Source of the DNA: an uncultured Candidatus Binatia bacterium
GTDB taxonomy: Bacteria; Desulfobacterota; Binatia; UBA9968; JAJDTQ01
Assembly: GCA_965218305.1 (NCBI GenBank)
Contig: OZ244617.1
Location: 395,776 to 459,775 of the forward strand
Length of the DNA: 64,000 nucleotides
Direction of reading: 5' to 3'
Shown here in pieces: positions 35,663 to 45,502 of this stretch. The translations under genes were made by a program, and so were the position numbers. Below the pieces are notes generated by a model that saw only the letters and a list, made by a program, of their open reading frames with translations, made no database searches and was not told where the DNA came from. Each line of letters opens with the position of its first letter. Position 1 is the first letter of the stretch.

Positions 35663-37102
35663 TCATTTGTCGTCGCGGAGACCGTATTTCCGGAGCTTGT
35701 ACCGGAGCGCTCGTTCGCTGATGCCGAGGTTGTCCGCTGCCTTGGTCTGGACGCCGCCGGCGGCCTCCAGAGCCTCGACGATCATGCGCCGTTCCATCCC
35801 TTCCACCACGGCCGAGAGATTGGTCTGGTCGTCGAGGTTGGTGCGCGTTTCCTTGATGGTCAGCGGCAACTCGCCCAGGCTGACCACGTCGTCGCGCGTC
35901 AGCACGATGGCGCGCTCCACCAGGTTCTCGAGCTCACGAACGTTGCCGGGATAGTCGTAGCGCAGGAGGGCGTCACGGGCCTCACGGGAGAAACCCTGGA
36001 TCGTCTTGCCGTTTTTCTCGGCGAACTTCCGAAGGAAGTGTTCGATGAGCGCGGAAAGATCCTGGCGGCGCTCACGCAGGGGCGGCAGGATGATGGTCAC
36101 GACGTTGAGGCGGTAGTAGAGGTCCTCGCGGAAGCTTCCTTCCCGCATGAGCTGTTCGAGGTCGCTGTGGGTGGCGGTGATGATGCGCACATCGGTGGTG
36201 ATGGCTCGGTTGGAGCCCACCCGCTCGAATTCCCTCTCCTGCAGCACGCGCAGCAGTTTGGCCTGCAGGTGGGCGGGCAGATCGCCGATCTCGTCCAGAA
36301 ACAGGGTGCCACCGTCAGCGATCTCGAAGCGGCCCTTGCGCATGGCGAAGGCGCCGGTGAAGGCTCCCTTCTCGTGGCCGAACAACTCCGATTCGAGCAG
36401 GGTTTCCGGCAACGCCGCGCAGTTTACCTTGACCAGGGGGCCGCTCCTGCGGACGCTGGCGTAGTGGATGGCCTTGGCGATCAGCTCCTTGCCCGTGCCA
36501 CTCTCCCCGCGAAGCAGCACGGTGGCATCGCTGGGAGCCACCCGGCGCACCAGATCCAGGACCTCCTGCATCTGACCGCTTTCGCCGATGATACCCTCGA
36601 TACGATGGCGCTCCTGCAGCGCCGCCCGGAGCTCGGTGTTCTCCCGGACCAGTTGGTGGCTGCGCTTGACCCGTTCGATGCGAAGCAGAAGCTCCTCCAG
36701 ATTGAGGGGCTTGGTCAGGTAGTCGGTGGCCCCTTCCTTCATGGCGGACACCGCGGTCTCGATGCTCCCGTAGGCGGTCATGATGATCACGGCCACCTCG
36801 GGGTCCACCCCGCGGCATTGTGTCAGCAGATCGAGGCCCGACATCTCCGACATTCGTTGATCGGTCAGGACCAGATCGAAGGGCTCCTTGCGGAATCGCT
36901 CCACCGCGTGGGCCGCGCTCTCCATGAGCACCACCTCGAAGCCCGCCTTGCGGAGAAAGCCGCCGACGAACTCGAGCTGTGTGCGCTCGTCGTCCACCAC
37001 CATCACGTGAAAGCGGTCGCCGTCGCCGGCCGCCCTCTGGGTGGATGCCCGTACCTCGGAGTTTTCGTGATGGGTCTGTTCGGTCATTTCAGCGCTCTTC
37101 AT
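35663..37102 (-). CDS. Sigma-54-dependent response regulator (NtrC family: REC + AAA+ + Fis-HTH)
   Basis: REC domain (VMVVDDE...DLVLTDQRM), Walker A GESGTGKE, GAFTGA sigma-54 contact motif, and C-terminal HTH. Confidence 0.85.
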   Translation of the reverse strand: MKSAEMTEQTHHENSEVRASTQRAAGDGDRFHVMVVDDERTQLEFVGGFLRKAGFEVVLMESAAHAVERFRKEPFDLVLTDQRMSEMSGLDLLTQCRGVDPEVAVIIMTAYGSIETAVSAMKEGATDYLTKPLNLEELLLRIERVKRSHQLVRENTELRAALQERHRIEGIIGESGQMQEVLDLVRRVAPSDATVLLRGESGTGKELIAKAIHYASVRRSGPLVKVNCAALPETLLESELFGHEKGAFTGAFAMRKGRFEIADGGTLFLDEIGDLPAHLQAKLLRVLQEREFERVGSNRAITTDVRIITATHSDLEQLMREGSFREDLYYRLNVVTIILPPLRERRQDLSALIEHFLRKFAEKNGKTIQGFSREARDALLRYDYPGNVRELENLVERAIVLTRDDVVSLGELPLTIKETRTNLDDQTNLSAVVEGMERRMIVEALEAAGGVQTKAADNLGISERALRYKLRKYGLRDDK

Positions 37103-37144
37103 CCGCGGTGTTCCCCGTTCCGGGCCACATCCCCGGCCGGACCA

Positions 37145-38863
37145 TCACGTGAACGTGTGGTCCAACGGAAGAACGATCTCGAATCGGCTGCCGCTTCCCG
37201 CCTTGCTGGTTACGTCAAGCGTTCCACCGTGACCCTCGATGATCCGGCGCGCGATGGCGAGGCCGAGTCCGGAACCGTCGGCCTTGGTGGTGAAGTAGGG
37301 CTCGAAGATCCGGGCCAGGTTCTCCGGCTCGATGCCTACCCCGGTGTCGCTGACCGAGAGCCGCATCCTGCCGTCTTGCGCCGACGTTTCGATAGTCAGT
37401 TTGCCGCCCTGCGGCATTGCCTGGAGACCGTTCAGCATCAGGTTCAGCAATACCTGTTTGAGGTAGTCGGGATCCGCCTTGACCACCGGCCGCGGCCCGT
37501 GGTTCACCACGGCGATCTCCACCCCGGACGCGGCGGGGTCGCTCTGGGTCAGCGTCGTCAGCTCGTTCAGCAACTGGTCCACCTTGACCAGATCGGTCTT
37601 CATGCTCAGCGGACGGGCCAGGGTCAGGAATTCCTCCACGATGGCATTCAGGCGGTGGACCTCCCCGCGCATCAACTCGATGAAGTGCGTGTACTCCCCC
37701 TCGTCCTTGGTGGGCTTGAACTCCCCCTTGAGACGCTGCAGTCCCATGGAGATGGCGTTGAGCGGATTCCGGACCTCGTGAGCCACGGTGGCCGCCAGAT
37801 TGCCCATCATGGAGAGGTGCTCGCGTCGCTCCACCTCCGCCTCCAGAGCCTTGATTTCCTGCATGTGGAACCGTTGGTTGTACAGGATCGCGGCAAACCC
37901 CAGCATGCCCAGGGCCAGGATGCCGCACCCGAGGCCCACCATGGACCAGAGGCTCCGCCACCACGCCGCGTCCACGTAGTCCATGGACAGGCCGATCCTC
38001 AGGAAACCCATGGGGTCGTCGTCCAGCGTGATGGGTTTCACCATTTCGTAACGCCGGGCGCCCGCGCCGGTCTGCACGATGCGGTGCGCCGAACGCTCGG
38101 TGGAACGGGCTCTGGCGGTCAGGTCGTCGACCATGTGGGTCCCCACGAGCGCGGGGTCGGTGTGAGCGAGCACGGTGAAGTCGTTGTCCAGCAATACGAG
38201 CTGATGAATTTCGTCCTGCCGCCCCAGGTCCTGGATCTGGCGTTGCACGCCAATCTCGCGCTGCAGCTTCAGCATATAGGAAGCGTCCGCGTGAACCGCG
38301 ATGAATCCGGGAAAGCTTCGGGCTTCCAGGGCCACACCGAAGACGCTGTCCTCCCAGAACCTGTGCTGGGGAAGCGCGGCCGGGCCCCGCGCCGGGTCTT
38401 GCGACCAGAGCCTGCCCCAGATGTGTACCTGGCCCTTGCGGCCTGAGAACGGGTCCCGGAACTCGGCGATGAGCCCGCTGATCTGCGGCTGCTCGGTGTC
38501 GGTGTGGGAGACCCATGGGCGCCCCTGGAGGTCCAGCAACTCCACCTTGTGAAGGCCGTTGATGTCGCTGATGCGCTGTACCAGTCTAGCCGGTGGGTTG
38601 GAGGTCAGCAGCCGGTCGATGAGCCGCGCGTTGTCCAGCAGGCGCTGCCGCACTAACTCCTCGATCAGCGCGTTCCCCTTGATGGACTTCTTCGCGCTGG
38701 TCTCCATGGTCTTGGTCAGAGCCAGGGCCTTGACCTCCACCTGGCGCACGAACTCTTCTTCCAGCCAGCGGCTCTCGTAGAAGACGTAGAGCGAGAACAG
38801 CACCAGAAGCAGCAGCACGGAGGCGAGAGAGTAGGGGAGCAGCGAAGCGCGTTTCATGGCCAT
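37145..38863 (-). CDS. Sensor histidine kinase (membrane-anchored; HisKA + HATPase_c), partner of the NtrC-family regulator
   Basis: N-terminal TM segment (LLPYSLASVLLLLVLFSLYVF), H-box (MGNLAATVAHEVRNPL) and G-boxes (DTGVGIEPENLARIFEPYFTTK...GSGLGLAIARR). Confidence 0.8.
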   Translation of the reverse strand: MAMKRASLLPYSLASVLLLLVLFSLYVFYESRWLEEEFVRQVEVKALALTKTMETSAKKSIKGNALIEELVRQRLLDNARLIDRLLTSNPPARLVQRISDINGLHKVELLDLQGRPWVSHTDTEQPQISGLIAEFRDPFSGRKGQVHIWGRLWSQDPARGPAALPQHRFWEDSVFGVALEARSFPGFIAVHADASYMLKLQREIGVQRQIQDLGRQDEIHQLVLLDNDFTVLAHTDPALVGTHMVDDLTARARSTERSAHRIVQTGAGARRYEMVKPITLDDDPMGFLRIGLSMDYVDAAWWRSLWSMVGLGCGILALGMLGFAAILYNQRFHMQEIKALEAEVERREHLSMMGNLAATVAHEVRNPLNAISMGLQRLKGEFKPTKDEGEYTHFIELMRGEVHRLNAIVEEFLTLARPLSMKTDLVKVDQLLNELTTLTQSDPAASGVEIAVVNHGPRPVVKADPDYLKQVLLNLMLNGLQAMPQGGKLTIETSAQDGRMRLSVSDTGVGIEPENLARIFEPYFTTKADGSGLGLAIARRIIEGHGGTLDVTSKAGSGSRFEIVLPLDHTFT

Positions 38864-38965
38864 TCTTGGGTAGTTGCAATTGGCGGGGAAGGGTCGTTGA
38901 AACCCCGCCCCTCCATTATACAAACGCGCTCCGGCTTGGCAACACGGCGCCGTCAAGCGCCGAAG

Positions 38966-39005
38966 GGGAGATCGATGGGACGGCGCGCCGCCTCATCGAT
39001 CTCCC
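38966..39005. terminator. Perfect 12-bp inverted repeat (GGGAGATCGATG...CATCGATCTCCC) with a palindromic GGCGCGCC loop, between htrA and the kinase gene
   Basis: Read directly. Likely an intrinsic terminator or processing hairpin (no U-tract), or a palindromic operator. Confidence 0.3.
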
Positions 39006-39060
39006 CCGGGCAGTTTCCAGCGTTCCGGAAGGAGTCTCCTCCGGAACCTGACGGGTGCGG

Positions 39061-40512
39061 TCAGGTCTTCGCAGCGAAGAATCGCGTCATCTCGCCCCGC
39101 TTCACCAGGAACAGGGCGTTATGGCCTTTCTCCGTCTTCTCGATCGCCTCGTTGTAGGCCGCCAGCGTCGCCACCGGGGTCCGATTGACCTCAAGGATCA
39201 CGTCTCCCCGCCGCAACCCGGCGTCATCCGCCGGGCTACCGGGCGTCACCGCCGTGACGAGAACTCCCCGGGCCTCCTTCATGGCGAGCTTCTTGGCGGC
39301 ATCAGGGGTCACCTCCCGCACCGTGAGGCCCAGGTCGGAGCCTTCCTCCACGGCCGCGACGGTTTCCTCCCCCTGGAGCTTGCCGATGCGTACCGTCAGC
39401 GTTTCTTCACCGCCGCCGCGCAACACCTTCACATCCACCTCCTTGCCGACCGGGGTCCTCGCCACGATCATGGGAAGGTCGCGGGCCTGCCCGACCGGGA
39501 TCCCGTCGAACTCGACGATGACGTCTCCGGCCTTGAGCCCTCCCTGTTGCGCCGGGGTGTCGGGCAGCACCTCCGAAACCAGCACGCCCCGCGGCTCCTT
39601 CACCCCCAGGGACTCCGCCAGGAGCGGCGTCAACTTCTGGAAGGCCACGCCCAGCCAGCCGCGGGTCACTCGCCCGTCATTCTGGAGTTGCGGAAGCACT
39701 TCCTTGACGAGGTTGATGGGAATGGCGAAGCCGATGCCGACGTTGCCTCCGCCCTGACTGTAGATGGCGGTGTTCACACCCACCACCTCACCGCGATGAT
39801 TGATGAGCGGCCCGCCGGAATTGCCCGGGTTGATGGACGCGTCCGTCTGGATGAAGTTGTCGTAGGGGCCGGCTCCGATACGGCGTCCCTTGGCGCTGAC
39901 GATACCGGACGTCACGGTGCGGTTCAGTCCGAACGGGTTGCCGATGGCCAGCACCCCTTCGCCGATCTCCAGCCTCTCGGAGTTCCCCAGGGGCACGGTG
40001 GGCAGGGCGTAGTCCGCGTTGATCTGGAGCAGGGCGATATCGGTCTTTTCGTCCGTGCCGATGATCTTCGCTTCGAACTCGCTCTCATCGGACAGTGACA
40101 CGGTAATGGTGGCGTTCTTGCGGCCCGCCACCACGTGGTGGTTCGTCAGGATCAGCCCCTTGGAATCGATGATCACGCCTGACCCGAACGACTCGGTCTT
40201 GCGGGGGACCGACGGCATGCCGGGCCTGCCGAAGGGGCTCGGGAAGTTGAAGGGGGGCGTCTCGAAGAATTTGCGCCATGCATCGGGCCAGGGATGGTTG
40301 AACCGTTGGGACCCTTGCACCGGCCGGGTCTCGCCCTTGGTGGTGATATTGACCACCGCCGGGCTGACGGCCTTGACCAGGTCCACGATGCTTTTCACCG
40401 GCCGTTGGTCCGGGGCCGCGGCTTTGGTGGACGCATCGAGAGGCTGTTGGTTGAAGCCTGCGAACAGGGCGATCAGAGCGACCAACAGGGCGCATACGCC
40501 CAACGCCTTCAT
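39061..40512 (-). CDS. htrA: HtrA/DegP-family periplasmic serine protease with PDZ domains
   Basis: Signal peptide MKALGVCALLVALIALFAG. Trypsin-like core GNSGGPLINHRGEVVGVNTAI and two PDZ-like regions. ATG at 40512 (track ORF starts 40542). Confidence 0.85.
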   Translation of the reverse strand: MKALGVCALLVALIALFAGFNQQPLDASTKAAAPDQRPVKSIVDLVKAVSPAVVNITTKGETRPVQGSQRFNHPWPDAWRKFFETPPFNFPSPFGRPGMPSVPRKTESFGSGVIIDSKGLILTNHHVVAGRKNATITVSLSDESEFEAKIIGTDEKTDIALLQINADYALPTVPLGNSERLEIGEGVLAIGNPFGLNRTVTSGIVSAKGRRIGAGPYDNFIQTDASINPGNSGGPLINHRGEVVGVNTAIYSQGGGNVGIGFAIPINLVKEVLPQLQNDGRVTRGWLGVAFQKLTPLLAESLGVKEPRGVLVSEVLPDTPAQQGGLKAGDVIVEFDGIPVGQARDLPMIVARTPVGKEVDVKVLRGGGEETLTVRIGKLQGEETVAAVEEGSDLGLTVREVTPDAAKKLAMKEARGVLVTAVTPGSPADDAGLRRGDVILEVNRTPVATLAAYNEAIEKTEKGHNALFLVKRGEMTRFFAAKT

Positions 40513-40578
40513 GCAGGTTGAACGGGATCGTTTACAGAGCATTGAGCTACCTCCTCAGAGTTGGATGCCCGGTGATAG

Positions 40579-40595
40579 TGCACGTTCCGTGCCAA
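40579..40595 (-). promoter_or_regulatory. sigma-54 (-24/-12) promoter upstream of htrA
   Basis: The minus strand reads TTGGCACGGAACGTGCA, i.e. GG-N10-GC with the TGGCAC...TGCA core, about 65 nt upstream of the htrA ATG. A sigma-54 activator and its kinase are the next genes downstream. Confidence 0.5.
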
Positions 40596-40772
40596 GGCCG
40601 ACGCCTCTACCATAATGCTGGTTTTTCAGGGACTTGCCCGTGTGCCGAGGTGGCGGCCTGCGCCCAAAGGGTCGAACGCCCTCGACGAACTCGTCGAGCC
40701 GGCCGGATCGGCTTCAGCACGAGGGCGAGCCTCCAGCGGTGAATCCGGGGGCGCTTCCCGCCCGGCGGCCGG

Positions 40773-41237
40773 TCATTCGACCTCGAAGATGGACTCGATC
40801 TCCACGGGAATCCCGTTGGGCAGCGTGGCCATGCCCACCGCGGAGCGGGCGTGCTTGCCGATGCTTTCGCCGAAGACCTCCACCATCAGGTCCGAGAATC
40901 CGTTGATGACCTGCGGGGTCTTCTGAAAATCCGGATCGGCGTTCACCATACCCAGCACCTTGACGATGCGGCGGACGCGGTCGAGGCTCCCGAGCTCCGC
41001 TCTCAGCGTGACCAGGGCGTTCAGGGCCGTCTGGCGCGCCGCCTGGTAGCCTTCTTCCACGGTGAGGTCGCGGCCCAGCTTGCCGCGCGAGACGGCCTTG
41101 CCGTCGTCGCCCAGGGGGCCGTGGCCGGCAAGATAGAGCAGCGAGCCGGTTCGCACGGCGCTGACATAGTTGGCCATGGGCCTGGGCAGGGGCGGCAGGC
41201 TCAGGTTCAACGCTTTTAGACGGTCTTCGGCGCTCAT
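40773..41237 (-). CDS. ridA: RidA/YjgF-family reactive intermediate deaminase
   Basis: 154 aa, the typical RidA length and pattern (...RVKVLGMVNA...ARSAVGMATLPNGIPVEIE). Confidence 0.8.
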   Translation of the reverse strand: MSAEDRLKALNLSLPPLPRPMANYVSAVRTGSLLYLAGHGPLGDDGKAVSRGKLGRDLTVEEGYQAARQTALNALVTLRAELGSLDRVRRIVKVLGMVNADPDFQKTPQVINGFSDLMVEVFGESIGKHARSAVGMATLPNGIPVEIESIFEVE

Positions 41238-41267
41238 GTGGACCTCCTCGGTAAAGAATTGCGGGCC

Positions 41268-42311
41268 CTACATTCCTCTGAACCAGACGTTGTTCGGGTC
41301 CAGGCTGAGAAGCGCGGGCGTGATGTCCGTGATGGCGGGCGTGCCCGTCATGATCATCACCCGCTTCAACTCGTCCGTGAAGATGGACAGGACCCGGGCC
41401 ACGCCCTCGGGCCCGGCGGCGCCGAGGCCCCAGCAGATGGGCCGTCCGAGCAGAACCGCCTTGGCGCCCAAAGCCAGCGCCTTGACGATGTCGCCGCCCC
41501 TGCGGGCGCCGCTGTCGAGCAGCACCGGAACCCGGTTGTCAGCCGCGTCCACGATTTCCGGCAGCACCTCGATGGCGGCTCGATTGAAGTCGAGGATGCG
41601 GCCGCCGTGATTGGACACCACCAGGCAATCCGCGCCGGCGTCGATGGCGATGCGCGCGTCGTCGGGATTCATGATCCCCTTCACCACCACGGGAACGGAC
41701 ACCTCCTTCTTGAGCCACGTCACGTCATCCGGCGATGACAGGTGGACGGTGCGGGGCTTTCCGTCGGAAGACAGGGGAATCCGGTCTCTCAGCTTCGTGG
41801 ACTGCAACGTGTCCATGGTGAGCCCCACCGCGGCGAAACCGATCTCGTCCGCTCTGCGGACGGCGCTCAACACCTTCTCCCGTCCCTTGCTGAGGTACGC
41901 CATGTACACGAGAGGTGAGGAAACCCCTTCCGCCCATTGGTCCACGGTGGACTGCGTGGCGCCGCTGATGAACACCATGGTCCCGAACAGGCTGCCCCCT
42001 TCCGCCACCTCGTGCTCGCCGTTCTTGCGCAGCAGCCGGAAGCTGCCCACCGGGCTGATCAGCGCCGGCGACGGCAGCCTGTGGCCGAACAGCTCGATGG
42101 AGGTGTCCGGATCGGTGACGTCGTGGAAGATCCGTTGACGGAAGAGCAGCCGGTCCAACGCGGTACGGTTCCGCTTCAGGGTGGACTCGCTTTCCGCCGC
42201 CCCCATGACGTGCTCGATGGCTTCGGGCCTGACCCGGTAGCGGAACAGCGTATAGAGCTCGTCCAGGCTCAGATGCTCCAGCGGTTTCTGTTCAAGTTTT
42301 TGAAGGCTCAT
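41268..42311 (-). CDS. FMN-dependent alpha-hydroxy-acid dehydrogenase/oxidase family
   Basis: VVSNHGGRILDFN and GADCLVVSNHGG motifs. Internal ATG at 42311 (MSLQKLEQ). Confidence 0.75.
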   Translation of the reverse strand: MSLQKLEQKPLEHLSLDELYTLFRYRVRPEAIEHVMGAAESESTLKRNRTALDRLLFRQRIFHDVTDPDTSIELFGHRLPSPALISPVGSFRLLRKNGEHEVAEGGSLFGTMVFISGATQSTVDQWAEGVSSPLVYMAYLSKGREKVLSAVRRADEIGFAAVGLTMDTLQSTKLRDRIPLSSDGKPRTVHLSSPDDVTWLKKEVSVPVVVKGIMNPDDARIAIDAGADCLVVSNHGGRILDFNRAAIEVLPEIVDAADNRVPVLLDSGARRGGDIVKALALGAKAVLLGRPICWGLGAAGPEGVARVLSIFTDELKRVMIMTGTPAITDITPALLSLDPNNVWFRGM

Positions 42312-42383
42312 GATGTCCCCCGCAGATGAATTCAGGACCAAGTCCTGGCGTTGTCGTGAGACACAAGACTAAATCCAAACTCA

Positions 42384-43394
42384 TCAATCATCAATCATCC
42401 GGAACTGAAGCAACAGCGTTCTCTGGAACGGCAGGAAATTGTCGTCGGACACCATGTAGAGCAACGTCCGTCCCGCCCGGTCCCGTCTGAGAGCGAGCCC
42501 TTCGAAGTTGTCCACCGACAGCGGCTCCCTCAGCTCCGCGATAGCCTCTCCGCGCACCCTGGTGCCGGCGCCCCGGCGGGCTCGTTGCAGGCGGTCTTTC
42601 GCGAGACGGACTATCCGCGCGCGCACTCCCGACAGTGTGAGGCTCCGTTCAAGCAGCAGCACCTCGCCGTTGGGCATGGTGGCGAGGTCCGTCGGGCTGA
42701 AGCCGTCCGCCGGCTGGTAGGCGATCTCATGGGCCGCGCCGTTCCGCATGAACCAGCCCTTGAGGCTCCCGTCGTCGTTGGCATGCCGTTCGGTCACGCC
42801 CAGCACCGTCCCGTCGGACAACACGGTGATGGCCTCGAGTCCCCCGTTGGCGGGTGCATCGTTCAGGGCGCGCGGCGTCGCCACCGGTTTCGGGGGGCCA
42901 CCGACATTTTTCGGATAGCGCCAGATCCGGTGGCGCCCTTCGAACGAGACCAGAAACGCGTCGCGGGAGGTCCTTGCCAGACCTTCGGCGTCGCGCTCGT
43001 TGCCCCGGACCTGCTTGCCGGCGGGAGTCAACATGGGGGCTTCACGCCACGAGTCGATCGCGACGAGGCGCTCCGCGGAGTCGTGGGTGAGGGTCGCGGT
43101 GATCCAGTTGCCGCGGTCGGAAATGGCCCGGAGCCGCCTGCCGTCCGGGCTCACGTCCAGGCCGGAAAGCCCGCCGAACCGCCTATGGTCCGATACCAGC
43201 TCGAAGCCGCGCATGAAGACGAGCCTTCCGACCGTCGCCATGCCCGGCCTTTCCGGGTTCAGCTCCACCGGCACCGCCTTGACGTCCATGGCGCCGGCAG
43301 AACCGTCGCCGGCCAGGGCGAACAGCAAAGCCAGCGCGCAGGCCACCATGCAAGCCGGCCCAATCCGCCGCGTGGTGCCGGCCGGACGCATCAC
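42384..43394 (-). CDS. Secreted protein of the esterase-like-activity-of-phytase family
   Basis: Signal peptide. GGLSGLDVSPDGRRLRAISDRG...DNFEGLALRRDRAGRTLLYMVSDDNF is characteristic of that family. Confidence 0.6.
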   Translation of the reverse strand: MMRPAGTTRRIGPACMVACALALLFALAGDGSAGAMDVKAVPVELNPERPGMATVGRLVFMRGFELVSDHRRFGGLSGLDVSPDGRRLRAISDRGNWITATLTHDSAERLVAIDSWREAPMLTPAGKQVRGNERDAEGLARTSRDAFLVSFEGRHRIWRYPKNVGGPPKPVATPRALNDAPANGGLEAITVLSDGTVLGVTERHANDDGSLKGWFMRNGAAHEIAYQPADGFSPTDLATMPNGEVLLLERSLTLSGVRARIVRLAKDRLQRARRGAGTRVRGEAIAELREPLSVDNFEGLALRRDRAGRTLLYMVSDDNFLPFQRTLLLQFRMIDD

Positions 43395-43774
43395 AGCTTC
43401 AAGTCCGGCAAGACCGCCAGCACGGCTTCGCGCAGATAGTCCCGGGTGTAGAGATCCTGGTCGATGACCTCGCCGTTCCAGACGACGAGGTCGAGATCGA
43501 TGGTCCGGGGCCCGTAGCGGTGCTTTCCGGGTTGACGTCCGAGCATGACCTCGATGGCCTTGAGGTCCGCCTTCAAACGCTGGCGGTCGACCCGGGTCTC
43601 CAGCAACAGGGCGCCGTTGGTGAAATCCGGTTGGTGGGGGTAGCCGACGGGGCTCGTCTCCACCAACGGCGATTCGGCGACGATCACATGCCGTTCGGCG
43701 AGCCGTTCCCGGGCCTTGGGCAGATGGATCTCGGGCTCGATGTTGGACCCGACGCCGATCACGGCCCGGTTCAT
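43391..43774 (-). CDS. folK: 6-hydroxymethyl-7,8-dihydropterin pyrophosphokinase
   Basis: MNRAVIGVGSNIEPE...GPRTIDLDLVVW, the HPPK signature. Overlaps folB by 4 nt. Confidence 0.85.
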   Translation of the reverse strand: MNRAVIGVGSNIEPEIHLPKARERLAERHVIVAESPLVETSPVGYPHQPDFTNGALLLETRVDRQRLKADLKAIEVMLGRQPGKHRYGPRTIDLDLVVWNGEVIDQDLYTRDYLREAVLAVLPDLKL

Positions 43775-44151
43775 GCGGTCCCCGCCGCCCTTTCCGCCGA
43801 GCATTCCACGGAAACGGACTCGGTAAAGCGGAGCGCGCCCGGCTTGGCCACGCGGACCCGGGCCCGTTCCACCCGGTGGTCCTCCATCACCAGCACCAGC
43901 AGGTGGTCGCAGAGCTTCTCGATCAGAAAGAACGACGACTGCTCCACCTCGTCAATGATCCGCTTGTTGAGCTTCTTGTAGTCCACGGTCTCGTCGATGG
44001 TGTCGCGGGCGAAGACCGTCCCCCGCTCCAACTCCAACTCGACGTTGACGACCACGTCCTGCTCCGTGTCGCGCTCCCAGTCGTTGATGCCGATGATGGT
44101 CCGGAGCCGCAGGTTTTCGATGGTGATCTTGACCGGATTTCGCTGGATCAT
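43771..44151 (-). CDS. folB: Dihydroneopterin aldolase
   Basis: MIQRNPVKITIENLRLRTIIGINDWERDTEQDVVVNVELE, the FolB signature. Confidence 0.85.
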   Translation of the reverse strand: MIQRNPVKITIENLRLRTIIGINDWERDTEQDVVVNVELELERGTVFARDTIDETVDYKKLNKRIIDEVEQSSFFLIEKLCDHLLVLVMEDHRVERARVRVAKPGALRFTESVSVECSAERAAGTA

Positions 44152-44190
44152 GGGACGATCGTGAGGCGCGACACGAAGTGTGGCGCCCGG

Positions 44191-44922
44191 TTAGAGGTGC
44201 TCCCCGCCATCGACGTAGATGCATTCGCCTGTCACGAACGGATTGTCCAACAGGAACAGCACCGCGGCGACCAAGTTAGCCATGTTGCCGATACGTTTCA
44301 AGGGCAGCGCCGCGCTCCGTCGCTCAAGCTCGTCGACCACTTCCCCGGGTGGCGGCAGTATCATGCCCGGGGACACACCGTTGACCCGGATGGCTGGGCC
44401 GAGTTCGCGCGCGGCCATTCGCGTGAGCTCGAGGAGCGCCTTCTTCGACAGGGTGTAGGCGGCATGGTGCTGGTCGGACCGGCTGACACGGGTGTCGAGG
44501 ATGTTGATGATCTGGCCCTGGGCGCAGCCCTCGGCAAACGCCTGGGTCAGGAAGAAAGGCGCCTTGAAATTGATGTTGAAATGGCGCTCGAACAGGTCGC
44601 GGCCGGTGTCCGCGAGAGCCCCGGGTTCGAAGATGGACGCGTTGTTGACGAGGACGTTCAGGTGAGAGAAATGTTCCCGCACGCTGGGGATCAGGGCCGT
44701 CGCCTCCTCGTGATGGTTAAGGTCACAGCGGAACAGCCGGCACCTTCGGCCCATTTCCTCGATCTCTCCCGCCGTGCGTTCGGCCGACTCCGCGGACGTC
44801 AAATAGTGAAGCGCCACGTCGTAGCCGTTCTGCGCCAGCGCCCGGGCGATGGCCGCGCCGATGCGCCTGGCTCCACCGGTAACGAGGGCCGCCCCCTTTG
44901 GCGTGGACATGGGCGTCATCAT
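44191..44922 (-). CDS. SDR-family oxidoreductase, pteridine-reductase / FolM-like
   Basis: ALVTGGARRIGAAIARALAQNGYDV with YTLSKKAL catalytic region. The adjacent folB-folK supports a pterin role. Confidence 0.65.
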   Translation of the reverse strand: MMTPMSTPKGAALVTGGARRIGAAIARALAQNGYDVALHYLTSAESAERTAGEIEEMGRRCRLFRCDLNHHEEATALIPSVREHFSHLNVLVNNASIFEPGALADTGRDLFERHFNINFKAPFFLTQAFAEGCAQGQIINILDTRVSRSDQHHAAYTLSKKALLELTRMAARELGPAIRVNGVSPGMILPPPGEVVDELERRSAALPLKRIGNMANLVAAVLFLLDNPFVTGECIYVDGGEHL

Positions 44923-44957
44923 AGCCGGTTCGCAGCGGCCTCACCACCGGCCTGGCG

Positions 44958-44990
44958 TGTACGGACGGGTTTCAAGCCCGCCCGTGTGAC
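44958..44990. repeat. Degenerate REP-like family 3 copy
   Basis: gtacggacGGGTTTCAAGCCCGCCCgtgtgac. Confidence 0.55.
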
Positions 44991-45104
44991 TTTGACAGTA
45001 GCCCTGGCCGGTGTTAGCGTCCCGAACGAACATCAGGGACCTTACATGGAGTGAAGACGGTGACGCCGATACCCGAGATCGAGGCTTGCAAGTAGGGATA
45101 CCCC

Positions 45105-45479
45105 GTGGACGCGTTCGAAATACTGGCGGTCATTTTTAGTGTCATGGTGCTCGTGAAGTTCGCCACCTTCCTGGTCTCCCCGGTGTCATGGATGAATACG
45201 GCCGGGGCGATGCTGAAATACCCACGTGCCTGTACCTTGGTTTACGCCGCGCTTGCGGCGGTGGTGGGATACTACGTCTTCGCCCGGATGGACATCGTCG
45301 AAGTGGTATCGGTGATGTTGCTTACTTCTCTACTGATGGGGGTGGGGCTGGGTCCCTATTCCCGGACGATCCTGAGGCTCGGCAAGGAAATGGCCGGCGA
45401 GGGGTTCGGCCGGTTGTGGCCGTCCATGGTCATCTGGGCCGTCATCGCGGTGTGGGCGCTTTACGCCGTCCTGGCATAA
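45105..45479 (+). CDS. Small hypothetical membrane protein (about 4 TM segments)
   Basis: 124 aa, hydrophobic. GTG start. No recognisable family. Confidence 0.5.
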   Translation: MDAFEILAVIFSVMVLVKFATFLVSPVSWMNTAGAMLKYPRACTLVYAALAAVVGYYVFARMDIVEVVSVMLLTSLLMGVGLGPYSRTILRLGKEMAGEGFGRLWPSMVIWAVIAVWALYAVLA

Positions 45480-45502
45480 CCTTGCGGTGAGCGGAGAGGT
45501 CT

